In this document: positions 11,814-23,360 of the stretch, piece by piece
Layout of the letters: each line of letters starts with the position of its first letter
How positions within the stretch are numbered: position 1 is the first letter of the stretch
From: Octopus bimaculoides
Taxonomy: Eukaryota
Assembly (NCBI RefSeq): GCF_001194135.2
Contig: NC_068988.1
Coordinates: forward strand, 83,490,156 to 83,548,029
Length of the DNA stretch: 57,874 nt
Direction of reading: 5' to 3'
The notes under the pieces: generated by a model
The model's database searches: none
The model's input: the letters and a program-made list of their open reading frames with translations, nothing else
Told to the model about the DNA's origin: nothing
Made by a program: the position numbers and the translations under genes

Positions 11814-12749
11814 GTCAGATAGTTTTCAGTCAAATTTTTGAGTTTTTGAGGTGAATTTGTTATCAGTCAGGTTGCAAGATTAGATCATGTTCTGTCTCAT
11901 AATACTTACCTCAAATGGCCCAATCTGTCTAGTTGTATGCAGGTACCACTTTGGGTTATAATTCACCACTAGATGTAGGAGTAATAGCACTTTAAAGTTG
12001 ACAGAAATTCATGAGAAAATTTATGTATGATAAACTGGCTCCCTATCTGGAACACGATGTAACACTTGTCTGTTTAATGATGCAAAACGATGCAACTTAG
12101 TTCCAGCTTATGTGTTGGAAAAAGATAACAAAAAGCCGAAATTCAAAGAGGGTTACATGTTACCGATAACTGTAGACTAAATATACTTCACAGATGTGAT
12201 GTTTTAGTGAAGGAGGAGTTTCTTTATTAAAATAGTAAATCTGCAAAAAACAATGGTTTCAAGTTCAATCTTACTGTATGGCACCTTAGGCAAATGTCTT
12301 CTAATGTAGTTCCTGGCCAACTCAAGTCCTGTAAATTGATTTGGTAGACAGTGAGTAGAGAGTATTTTAACAAAAATAGTATTGACAATTACTTCAAGGT
12401 TTTGGCCGGCTAAGCCATCACCATCATCATCGTTTAACGTCAATGCACTATAGTACAAGAGGTGGACTATGTACCTGTTGTGATTTAGCTATCTATGGTC
12501 TGATGATGTTTCAGAGTGCAGTTCTTTCTTCAGATATTCTTGGATGGAGTCACTGCTGTAATATAGATTATAGAAGCGATTCCATCTAGGAATGTCTGAG
12601 GATGGAGTTGTGTTCCGAAGTATCATTGGATTATAGATGGCTAAATTGCAGCAGGTGTATAGTCCATTTTTTTGTGATATAGTGCATTGTTGTGCCATTC
12701 AAAACTTTTTATTCTTTATATATATATATATATATATATACATGTACAT

Positions 12750-13031
12750 GTACATCGTTGCCAGTGCCACTGGACTGGCTCCTGTGCAGGTGGCACGTAA
12801 AAAACACCATTTTGAACGTGGCCATTGCCAATACCGTGAGACTGGCCCTCGTGCCGGTGGCACGTAAAAGCACCCACTACACTCTCGGAGTGGTTGGCGT
12901 TAGGGAGAGCATCCAACTGTAGAAGCTCTGCCAGATCAGATTGGAGCCTGGTGTAGCCATCCGGTTCACCAGTCCTCAGTCAAATCGTCCAACCTATGCT
13001 AGCATGGAAAGCGGACGTTAAACGATGATGA
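12750..13031 (+). mobile_element. Family B copy
   Basis: Same consensus as 4685-4863 with longer 5' part. Confidence 0.85.
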
Positions 13032-13674
13032 TATACATACATATATATATATATATATACACACATACACATATATACATATACATCATTATCATCATCG
13101 TTTAATGTCTGCTTTCCATGCTAATTTTTACCAAGTAGTTCGGTATGTAAAAAACCATTATCGGTAAAGAACTTATATAAAAAGTTCTTTTAAAAATTAT
13201 TAATTATTAATTTATTAATAAATTAATAATCCTTTACCCTATATCTGTAATGATTATTCACTCCCTGATAGTAAACCGTAGATTTTCTGCGGTATTGCTT
13301 GTGACGCACATGGTGATTCTTGAGGATGGATATGGACTGACTCGTATATATAAATTCGGAAATGCTGCTTTTCTTATGTGATGCACGATGTTGCCTGGTT
13401 GAGCATACATGGTTTTTGCCAGCATTTTCAAATTTATAACCTAGAATATCATACTGATGACGGAAATGAATTTTTTCACTATTCTGATCCAGAAACGCGT
13501 CTATGATTGACTAAGACTGGTTAGTTTCGATATTTTTTCTTCTTGCTTTGCCTTTGTGAGTTACAAGTATTGCTATCTGCTGGAGATTTATTTTAGTAGT
13601 AGAATTAGCATTTTAACTGCTATTTCTAAATTTCGGTATGAAGCAACTGTTGCTGATCCCTTAATTATGTGTAT

Positions 13675-13678
13675 ATGC

Positions 13679-13713
<35 letters not shown>

Positions 13714-13724
13714 TGTATGCATGT

Positions 13725-13778
<54 letters not shown>
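13675..13778. repeat. Compound (TA)n/(CA)n microsatellite
   Basis: Direct inspection. Confidence 0.98.
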
Positions 13779-13780
<2 letters not shown>

Positions 13781-14109
13781 GAGTCACGTGTTACAATCTC
13801 CTTGTCTTGGCATCTCATAATAATGGTAAATGCACAGCACTTTTATACAGATGATGTCCTTCATCTCCAGTCTTCTTTGAGAACATGGAAAAGTATTACT
13901 TTACTCCTTACCTCAGAGCAGTATTATCTTACTTAAAAATAGGTGAGGGCTGGCAACAAGAAGGGCGTCCAGCCATAGAAAATATTCCTTAGTGAATTCC
14001 ATCCAACTTGTACAAGCATGGAAAAGTGTATTTGAAAACAATGATGATTGTATAAATTTATTGAACATCAACCCGCAGCCTTCTGACTCATATCTATCTG
14101 TCACCTGCA

Positions 14110-14420
14110 CTCATACGGACATGTCTTCTGTCTCCTGCTAGATCATCCTACCAGTGTTTTACTCTCATTTGATGCAACAGCTGTAGGCTGGAAGAGGCCT
14201 CATGGCAGGCCCTGCATCAGATGGCTGGATGTAATTGGGGAAGATTTCCAGAGGTCAACGTCACCTTGGAGGATGCAGAGGGGCTGGCATGGGAATGTCA
14301 GCAATGGGGAACACTGGTGGAACTGGTTGGTTCTACACATGATGACACCTCCGGGACCACTAACTTGAAATGTCTCCAGCCTCATCAAGCAAGAGCATGA
14401 AGCCAAACCAAGCCGCATAT
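14110..14420 (+). mobile_element. LINE ORF2 C-terminal fragment
   Basis: GWKRPHGRPCIRWLDVIGED resembles the KRPRGRP..RWLD C-terminal motif of RTE/L2-type LINEs. Confidence 0.7.
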
Positions 14421-14531
14421 GTAAAAATATTACCAATTAATTAAAATATGCTTCTTAACTGGAGACTTAACTATTTGACTCATTGTCTGGCTTGTGATTT
14501 ATTTCTCCTTCTTTCTTCACTTCTTTCCCAG

Positions 14532-14638
14532 TCACCTGCCTGGCGGAAATGTATCAACGTTAATCTAGAACTCACAGAAATCAAACGACAAGATGATCCA
14601 AAATTTATTGACATTCTTCAGAATATCAGGAAAGGATT
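14532..14638 (+). CDS. PIF1: PIF1 coding exon (SPAWRKC...LTEIKRQDDPKFIDILQNIRKG; motif IV)
   Basis: CCCAG| acceptor, TT|GTAAGT donor, phase 0-2. Confidence 0.95.
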
Positions 14639-15112
14639 GTAAGTTGCTGTAATCGTAGTTGTTATTGTTGTTGTTTAACCCTAGGTCATCTCTGATTGTC
14701 CCAACCTATGATTAATGATATTCCAGCCATGAGCATCTTGTCTTTTTCTATATCTAGAACCACATTATCTAATATGTCTGTATCCATTTTTCATGATTGT
14801 TGTATGTGATTTTAGGGAGATCTGACCACTGTTTCTAGCAAGAGGAATGACTGCATAGAGACACCTTCAATGGAATGATAAGGAAAGATAATAGTGGCAG
14901 TGGTGGTGGTGGTGTATCATAGTCAGTGGAATGCTAGACAAATACGCTGCAGTATTTAGCTAAGCTTTGTTTTGAATTCAAAACTTTGCCTTTCTTCATC
15001 CAGAAATCTATAAAATAAATACCAGTCATATACTGTGGTCAATTAAATTAATTGTTGCTTTCCCACTACTTCCCTACAGTATTTCTGTCCTTTGGTATCT
15101 ATGTTAGAAATC

Positions 15113-15185
15113 CTCCTCTTCCTCCTCCTCCTCCTCCTCATCATCATCATCATCACCACCACCACCACCACGCTCCTCCCCCTCC
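15113..15185. repeat. Compound (CCT)n(CAT)n(CAC)n trinucleotide repeat
   Basis: Direct inspection. Confidence 0.95.
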
Positions 15186-15924
15186 ATTTCTTCATCCCTC
15201 ATTTTCTTCTCTTTTTTCACCAGCCAAAGCCTTGGGAATGGGTTTGATAGATAGAAACTTGAAGAAGCCCACCAAATGTATGTTTGTGCCTCCTTGTCTT
15301 GGCCTCTTGCTATAGCTACAAACACGCATCACCTTCATACAAGCTGTGTCATTCATTTCCAGACTTTTGTAAAACTTATCCAGCAGTGGAGAACTATTAC
15401 CTGGGGAAATTGCATTTTGATAGTTCAGCATCTTATCCAAAGTGAAATGTATCTTGCCTATGTGTCATCTATTTAACAGCATAAGGCTGAAAACAATCTT
15501 TAAATGCTCTTGTTGGATTAGATGTTATTTATATCTTTCCTCTGTATCATCATTTAATGTTCTTGTTCCATGCTGGTATGGATTGAATGGTGGGTCCAAA
15601 GACTGCATTGTGCTCTAGTATCAGTTTAAGTATGGTTTCTATGGACAGATGCCATTCCTAATGCCAACCATTTTACAGCTTGTACTGGGTGTTTTTATCA
15701 TGCCACCACCACAAATGATGTTATCACACAGCTTACAAGACTAAGGTCTCTCTCGACTGAGTGGGGTTACAATGGAAGGGGAAGCAGCTTAATGCTAGAA
15801 GATGAGGGGATAAAGTATGAACGATGGGCCAGAACTGAACAGGTTTCTTGCTGTAGACAAGCTAATTGGCTACTGACATTAAAAAAGAAAGGTGGAACTT
15901 GAAAAAAAAAAAACACATATATAG

Positions 15925-16450
15925 GCACAGGTGTGGCTGTGTGGTAAGAAGCTTGCTTCGCAACCACATGATTCTGTGTTCAGTCCCACTACATGACATC
16001 TTGGGCAAATGTCTTTTACTGTAGCCTTGGGCTGATCAATGCTTTGTGACTGAATTTGGTAGCTGGAAACTGAAAGAAGCCTGTTGTATATATGTGTGTG
16101 TGTATATATATATTTATCATCAGCTATACAAACTCACAAGTCTTCGACCTGCAACTAGTTTGATAAGTGCCAACGCATGAAACTTTCAGGCCTTGAGTCA
16201 TTCTGTTACTTCTGCTAAATATTAATAAAAATGTGTGTGTGTGTGTGTGTGTGCCTGTGTTTGTTTCATTACCACCCTGCTTGGCAACCGGAGGTGGTGT
16301 GTTTACATCCCTTTAACTTAGTGGGGATGTAAGCATGTGTAATTGACCTCAGGCTTAAAGGAATAAGTCCTGGGGTCGATTTATTTGACTAAAACCCTTC
16401 AGAGCTGTGTCCCAGCATGACTGCAGTCAAATGACTGAAACAAGAAAAAG
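15925..16450 (+). mobile_element. SINE family A copy
   Basis: Head and tail match 57081-57460. Confidence 0.85.
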
Positions 16451-16562
16451 ATTAAAGATAGAAACAAACACATATATAGAGTGGTGTTAATGAGGTGTCA
16501 GAGAGTCCTCTCAAGATATTAGGGTTTTAATATATCAAGAATGACATTGTTCCCTTTAACAG

Positions 16563-16702
16563 GTGCCCTGGGTATGTCAATGATGCTCTTCAGAACACAG
16601 TGAATTCTCACAGTCAGCAAAATGGTATCGAAGCCACTCGGCTGTGTACCCATAAAGATGATGTCAACTACATCAATTTGAATCATCTTGCTAAGCTGAA
16701 AG
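16563..16702 (+). CDS. PIF1: PIF1 coding exon (CPGYV...ATRLCTHKDDVNYINLNHLAKLK-G; PIF1 signature region)
   Basis: AACAG| acceptor, AAG|GTAAGA donor, phase 2-1. Confidence 0.93.
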
Positions 16703-17001
16703 GTAAGATTTTATTTTTTCACACACATGTATGAATATATGCATGTAAGCATCTACATACACATACATTTAGATGTATATATGTAAGTATGTAAATCATG
16801 CATGCATGCACACATGTATGAATACACACATGTAAGCATCTACATACACATTTGGATGTATATATGTAAGTATGAAAAGATGTGGGAGTTCATATCTTTA
16901 AACATCTACACATTTATGAGTGCATACATGTAGCTAAATACATGCATGCACATATATTAGTGGTTGCACACGAGTATATAAACACACATGTGTAAGTGTG
17001 T

Positions 17002-17210
17002 ATCATCATCATCATCGTCATTTAACGTCCGCTTTCCATGCTAGCACGGGTTGGACGATTTGACTGAGGACTGGTGGACCAGGAGGCGACACCAGGCTCC
17101 AATCTGATTTGGCAGAGTTTCTACAGCTGGATGCCCTTCCTAACGCCACCCACTCCGAGAGTGTAGTGGGTGCTTTTACGTGCCACCGGCACGAGGGCCA
17201 GTCAGACGGG
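17002..17210 (-). mobile_element. Family B copy (left arm of inverted pair)
   Basis: (CAT)n CGTCATTTAACGTCCGCTTTCCATGCTAGC... Confidence 0.9.
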
Positions 17211-17268
17211 TATACACACATGTATAAGTGGATGCTTCTAAATATGTAGACACAAACATGTTTAATGC

Positions 17269-17444
17269 AAAAGCACCCACTACACTCTCTGAGTGGTTGG
17301 CGTTAGGAAGGGCATCCAGCTGTAGAAACTCTGCCAAATTAGATTGGAGCCTGGTGTTGCAATCCGGTTTCACCAGTCCTCAGTCAAATCGTCCAACCCA
17401 TGCTAGCATGGAAAGCGGACGTTAAACGATGATGATGATGATGA

Positions 17445-17448
<4 letters not shown>
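17269..17448 (+). mobile_element. Family B copy (right arm of inverted pair)
   Basis: Reverse complement of 17002-17177. Confidence 0.9.
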
Positions 17449-17482
<34 letters not shown>

Positions 17483-17679
17483 ACACGCTCATACATAGAT
17501 GTAGCTATGCAGTTACATATCTAGAAGATAGTCAAAAAAGATGTGTACACAATCATACACATACAAAATTCTCTATACACAAAACTAATGAAAACACATA
17601 TAAAAGTATTTTATACATACTTGACTTTTAATTGAAACTGTCACACATTCTAGAAGAATTTTCAGAGATCCACAGATGC

Positions 17680-17822
17680 AGGCATGGCTATGTGGTAAGA
17701 AGCTTGCTTCCCAACCACGCGGTTCCAAGTTCAGTCCCACTACATGGCACCTTGGGCAAGTGTCTGGCCAACCAAGGCCTTGTGAGTGAATTTGGCAGAT
17801 GGAAACTAAAAGAAACTCGCAA

Positions 17823-17868
<46 letters not shown>

Positions 17869-18090
17869 GTGTGTGTGTGTGGCTTTGCTTGTTCCCCACT
17901 ACCACTTGACAACCAGTGTTGGTGTGTTTACATCCCTGTAAATTAGTGGTTTGGCAACAGGAACCAATAGAATAAGTATCAGGCTTAAAAAATAAGTATT
18001 GGGGTTGATTCATTCATCTAAAACAATTCTTCAGTGTGGTGCCCTAGCATGGCCACAAACTAATGACTGAAACAAGTAAAAGATAAAAAT
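17680..18090 (+). mobile_element. SINE family A copy
   Basis: Head and tail match 57081-57460. Confidence 0.85.
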
Positions 18091-18186
18091 ACATGTAAAC
18101 ATACATGCACATGCATATGTACACACATACATATAAACACACATGCATATTCACAAACATACACATAAACACACATACCACTCACA

Positions 18187-18432
18187 CACTTTTATATCCT
18201 TCTATACATTGGATATAGAGATTTCATGAAGCAGGGATAGACACAACTGTCTTCACTCGACCTACTTCAAATTACTCCAATAAATACAAACTCTCAACGT
18301 TGTCAACGACTTCCACGAACTCTCAACAACTCCTATGACTTTTCTCCCATCTCAATCAATGCGCTACTTTTTGTAAGAGTTCGGTTAATCCATTCTTCCA
18401 ATCCTAGAGGGGTGTCAATGACTCTTGCCACA
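18187..18432 (-). repeat. 3' LTR of the Gypsy element (end truncated or diverged)
   Basis: Immediately follows the polypurine tract; aligns by eye with 21350-21610. Confidence 0.85.
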
Positions 18433-19202
18433 ATATCTCCTCCTTTTGAGATTGACTTTCGTTGGAAGTTAATATTATTATTTTTTTTTTGTTATTTATT
18501 TTCTTTCACCACATCTCCCTTTTTGAGATTTTCTTCTTAGGGAAGTTTAATATTTCTTCTGTATAGGCACTACTTCCAACCATTCTGTTTGTTTCCTCTG
18601 TCTTGTGCTGCTACACCTAGGTTTGATTTCTTGTGGTGTTGGAACATCAAAGGTGTTGTAGAGCACTTCCATGGGTATCTCTTTTCTTTTTTCCATATAT
18701 CTGTTTCTTTAACTGGTTTAAATGTCTTTTGTGTTCCTATTTTTCACCTCTTATCATATATATTCATTTTGCCTATTCTTTTTGTTACTACTACATCTTC
18801 CCAACCTTCTCTTCTATTTTTATATACTTTGAAAAACACCTTGTCACTGATATTAAAATACTTTGTCCTATTTTCAGTGTTTTCCTTGTTTGTTTTCCTT
18901 ACTGGTAACAGCTTGTCAAAAATTGACTTTATTTTTCGAGCAAACATTAGTTCAGCAGGCGACTATCACTCTTTGCATACACCAACACATTGTCATACAG
19001 TGAGAAAAGGTTCGCATTTGTGTTGTACATATTTATATTTTCTTTGGCCTTCAGTGTTTCTTGCATTTTTATAATGAATTTGTTCTCTGACTTTGATTAT
19101 AATTTTTTATTGCTGATATCAGAGAACGTGAGGCATGAACCACTGCCTTCATGTTACCATTTTTATATTTATGTAGCATTACTGCTTCTATACCGTACTC
19201 AG

Positions 19203-19587
19203 TGTGGAGGCGCAATGGCCCAGTGGTAAGGGCAGCGGACTCGCGGTCATAGGATCGCGGTTTCGATTCCCAGACCGGGTGTTGTGAGTGTTTATTGAGC
19301 GAAAACACCTAAAGTTCCACGAGGCTCCGGCAGGGAATGGTGGCGAACCCTGCTGTACTCTTTCACCACAACTTTCTCTCACTCTTACTTCCTGTTTCTG
19401 TTGTGCCTGTAATTCAAAGGGTCAGCCTTGTCACACTGTGTCACGTTGAATATCCCTGAGAACTACGTTAAGGGTACACGTGTCTGTGGAGTGCTCAGCC
19501 ACTTGCACGTTAATTTCACGAGCAGGCTATTCCATTGATCGGATCAACTGGAACCCTCGACATCGTAAGCGACGGAGTGCCAACAAC
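19203..19587 (+). mobile_element. Young full-length tRNA-derived SINE inserted in the Gypsy RNase H
   Basis: A box TGGCCCAGTGG 19216-19226, B box GGTTTCGATTCC 19259-19270, (CAA)n tail, perfect 11-bp TSD ACCGTACTCAG at 19192-19202 and 19588-19598, CpGs intact. Confidence 0.95.
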
Positions 19588-21100
19588 ACCGTACTCAGAA
19601 ACATCTGAAGTTACAACAGTCTCTGCTGCAGAATCGAAGTGAGCTAATGACAAATCAGATATTAATATCTTTTTAATTTTGTCAAATGCCTTTTGACAAT
19701 TTTCTGACCAATTCCATTTCCTATCTTTTTCAGCAAACTATTCAATAGAGCCCTAACCTTATGCACATTTGGGATATAATTTTGGCAATAAATTATCAGT
19801 CCTAAGAATGCTTGTAATGTCACTATATTAGTTGAAGAAGGCACATCTTTAATTGTGGTCAGGTTGTCGTCCATTTCTGTCAATAATTTGTCCTAAATAT
19901 TTTATTTCCGGTAAAAAATTCCCTCAAGGTAAAGCTGTAATTCTTAATTTTTTCAAATATGAATTTTACATGCTCAGCATGTTGGTCCCTGGATTTGCTT
20001 TTAATGAGTATATCATCCAGATATGGAATTGCGAATTCACAGTCCACCAACATTGCATCCATAATCTGTTGAAAAATCTCTGGTGCGACTTTAAACCAAA
20101 TGGTAATTTGTACTTATTCAGTCCTTTATGTGTGTTGACTGTTAGGTATTTCATGCATTCATCGTCTACTCTAATTTGTGATGTGTCAAAGAGATCCGAC
20201 TTAGAAAATATCTTTCCACTGTTTAACTTCGCAAAAATATTCTCCAGAGTAGGTAGCGGATAATGCCACATTCTAAGACATTTGTTTAAACCAGTGGAAA
20301 AATCAGCACACACTCTGATTTTATTTGTTTTTCTTAATATACACAGTGCTGCCCGCTAAGAATATTCCACTTTTTGGATAACACCAATTTTTTCTAGTCT
20401 CTAGTTCTTCATTGACTTGCTTCATTGCTGCGAAGGCTACCATTCGTTTTGGTTTAAACACTGGTATGGCGTTTTCTTTTATTTGAAAACACACCTTTGT
20501 CTTGGTACACAGACCTAATCCATCAGACTTTAGGAAAAATGTTTTTTTACTTTTCTTTCAATTTGTCTGACAACTTGTTTTTACTGGAGGAATAAACCAT
20601 TTATATGTTTACTGAACAGATTTATGGGGAAGTCCCATAAATTAAACAACTCCATCCAGTCAGTACTGAACAAGTTTGTTGCATTATTTAACACACAAAT
20701 TTTTGCTTTCAAGGTTTACCCCGAAATGTAACCTCAGTTATTATTTTGCCCCAAAAATGTAATTTTTTTCTTGGGACACCTTTCACAATTTTCAAAGTTC
20801 CCATTAATGTAGGTTTTCCTATTTTTTTCCATGTGTCAGTGTAATATCACTGTTATTGTAATATAACTGCCTGTATCTAGCTGTAACTTCACATTCACAT
20901 TATTGGTTTTTATGTATACAAATTTTCTTTTGTGAATCTCAACTAGACTTTCTGTTGAGAAAACTTTTCCAGAATTCTTTGCGTTCAACCTCTTTTTTTT
21001 TACTCTGCAATGTGAGCTTTTATGTCCATTTTTTGACAGTTAAAACATTTCAAATTTATAAATGGGCAATTATTTCTAAAATGTAGACCTCTGCATCCAT

Positions 21101-21184
21101 GAGTACTGTTGTTTGATTCTTGGGTACTGTTGTTTGACTCTTGGGTACTGTTGTTTGACTCTTGGGTACTGTTGTTCGACTCTT
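21101..21184. repeat. 4 x 21-bp tandem repeat in the gag remnant
   Basis: GGGTACTGTTGTTTGACTCTT units; encode PKSQTTV on -. Confidence 0.95.
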
Positions 21185-21297
21185 TCTGCTGTTACTGTTG
21201 CACTGCACCACAAAGGCTAATAAGTCTTCCATGTTAACTGTTTTTTTTTTTTTTTTTTTTTTTACATTTTGTATCAAAAGAAAATGTTAACACCCAA

Positions 21298-21610
21298 TGT
21301 AAGCTTCGAATAAACTTGTCACTTTTATAAGTGGATATCCCCATTGCCACTTTTATGTCCTTATATATATTGGATTTATAGATTTCATGAAGTTGGGATA
21401 GACACAACTGTCGTCACACGGCGTACTTCAAATTACTTCACTAAACACAATACTACAATAAATACAAATCCTCAATGATCTCAATGACTTCCATGAACTC
21501 TCAAAGACTCCTATGACTTCTCTCCCATCTCAACCAATACGCAACTTTTTAGAAAAGTCCGGCTAGTCCATTCTTCCAATCCCACAGGGGTGTCAATGAC
21601 TCTTGCCACA
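21298..21610 (-). repeat. 5' LTR of the Gypsy element
   Basis: Direct repeat of 18187-18432; TG start at 21610; far boundary inferred from ...TACA. Confidence 0.8.
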
Positions 21611-21695
21611 ACGCATGCACAAACATACATATAAACATTCACACAATTGTCAGACAGTCATTCAAAGAGATATTCAGACACACAGATAAGTGTAC

Positions 21696-22110
21696 ATGTC
21701 TTTTTTATCTTTTACTTGCTTCACTCATTAGACTACGGCCATGCTGGGGCACTGCCTTGAAGAAATTTTAGTCATATGTATCATCAACCCCACAGTATTT
21801 ATTTTTTAAAAATAATTTTTAATATTATAATATTTATTTTTTTAAAAAACTTTCTATCATCTCTTTTGTTGAACCACTAAGTTATGGGGATGTAAGCACA
21901 CCAACACCAGTTGTCAAGTGGTGGTCGTGGGTCAAACACAGACACGAAGATACATACACACAGATACCTGTATATGCATATATATGACGGGCTTCTTTCA
22001 GTTTCCATCTCCCAAGTCCACTCACAAGGTTGATTGAGGTGCCACACAGTAGGACTGAACCTGGAACCATATGTTTGGAAAGCAAGCTTCTTACCTCACA
22101 GCCATGCCTG
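21696..22110 (-). mobile_element. SINE family A copy
   Basis: Reverse complement match. Confidence 0.85.
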
Positions 22111-22619
22111 TACCTAGATATATGTAGATCTATAAGTATGAATACACCAGAAAATTAAAAGTAAACATGGTTGATTCTGTCTTTCATGAAAGAGAATTAA
22201 GAAAAACAGTTATATGATGTAGAGTCAATTGGGAAAGATGAAGGTGCTGAATTATATATAAGATGGGTGTGTTTGGTGTAGGGATGGAACACTTGTAACA
22301 GTACTTCATCTAAAGAGGCTCAGTAACCATGAGGGTTACACGGTGATAGACTAATTGCTACATGATCATCAAATTAAATCTTACTACCATAAGTAGTCAT
22401 GTATGTCCAGGATAGGGTTATGATATTAAATCCTCACAAACAATCCCTCATATAAGGTGTCACAGTGGCTGTGAGGTCAGGGTCATGAGTTCAAACCTAG
22501 CTACAGTCATGTTTGTTTCTTTTACTACTTACACAAAGATTATCCTCGTGTTTACCTCAGCCTACCTGCACCAACAACAGGCTCCACTGTGTAGCACTTT
22601 GGGTAAGTTTGTTTCCTGA

Positions 22620-22975
22620 GCATGTAGATTTGGTTCAGTCTCTCTGAGCAGTAGTTTAGTCAAGTGTCTTCTACTATGGCCCCAAGCTAACCAAAGCCTT
22701 GTGAATGGATTTGTTAGATGGAAACTGAAAGAAGCCTATCATGTAAATAAATATATTTGTGCATGTGTGTGTGTCTTTGTCCCCCACCATCACTTGACAA
22801 CCAATATTAGTTTGCTTATGTCACCATAAGTTAGTAATTTGTTAAAAGTTACTGATAGGATAAATATCACACTTAAAAATTAATACTGGGGACAATTTCT
22901 TCAACTAAACCCTTCAAGGTAGTACCCCAGCATGGCCACTGTCCAATGACTGAAACAAGTAAAGAAATAAAAGAT
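22620..22975 (+). mobile_element. SINE family A copy ending ~30 nt before a PIF1 acceptor
   Basis: CAAAGCCTTGTGAATGGATTTG core and GACTGAAACAAGTAAAG tail. Confidence 0.8.
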
Positions 22976-23008
22976 AATTACTACTACATAAAAACTCTTG
23001 TCTTTCAG

Positions 23009-23109
23009 GAGATTGCCATGTGTTTACAGCAACGTGTAACAGTGAATATGTGTCTGAAGGTGACCACTGTCCAGTGGAGCCAAAACTGAAGCTTAAAATT
23101 GGAACACAG
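23009..23109 (+). CDS. PIF1: PIF1 coding exon (DCHVFTAT...CPVEPKLKLKIGTQ)
   Basis: TTTCAG| acceptor, CAG|GTAAGA donor, phase 1-0, LKLKIGTQ matches LxLKxGAQ. Confidence 0.92.
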
Positions 23110-23120
23110 GTAAGATTATA

Positions 23121-23360
23121 GTTGTGTTTAATCCCAGGTCAACTCTGACTGAGCAACCCTACGGATGTTGTTATTTAGCCCTAGGTTAGTCTGGCCTAAC
23201 ATACTTAAGGTTGTTGTTGTTTAACCTAAGGTTAACACTAACTGAGCATGGCTGATGTTGTTGATATTTAGCTCTAGGTCAGTCAAAAGACTGTTGTAGT
23301 TGTTTAGTCCAAGGCCAGCCTAGCTGAACATAACCGTGTTGTTGTTCAGTTCCAGATGAG
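23121..23360. repeat. Degenerate minisatellite, about 6 units of 36-47 bp
   Basis: Recurring GTTGTTGTTTAGCCC(T/C)AGGTCA-like unit. Confidence 0.7.

Larger units (their letters stand above)
18187..21610 (-). mobile_element. Internally deleted Gypsy/Ty3 LTR retrotransposon
   Basis: Two LTR copies both beginning TGTGGCAAGAGTC on -; PPT AAAAGGAGGAGATA at 18447-18434; protease LQLDTGS (~20865-20885); RT YPLP...FSKSDL and YLDD (20023-20012); RNase H YGIEAVMLH...HASRSL; many stops and frameshifts. Confidence 0.92.

Noticed and set aside
13556-13936. ORFs with IYIYIY, HTHT or LSLSLS runs (also 3360-3748, 17585-18013, 37234-37587, 41901-42179, 49022-49410)
   Set aside because: Open frames are produced by dinucleotide microsatellites and SINE sequence.
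15052-15325. Poly-Pro/His and poly-Glu/Asp/Gly ORFs
   Set aside because: Translation of a compound trinucleotide repeat within a PIF1 intron; no splice or homology support.
18589-19074. 161-aa + strand ORF, the longest in the track
   Set aside because: Antisense to the A-rich Gypsy pol remnant; F/L/I-rich composition reflects T-rich DNA.
23121-23360. Spaced repeat array as a CRISPR-like locus
   Set aside because: Eukaryotic intron, degenerate repeats, no unique spacers of constant length, no cas genes.
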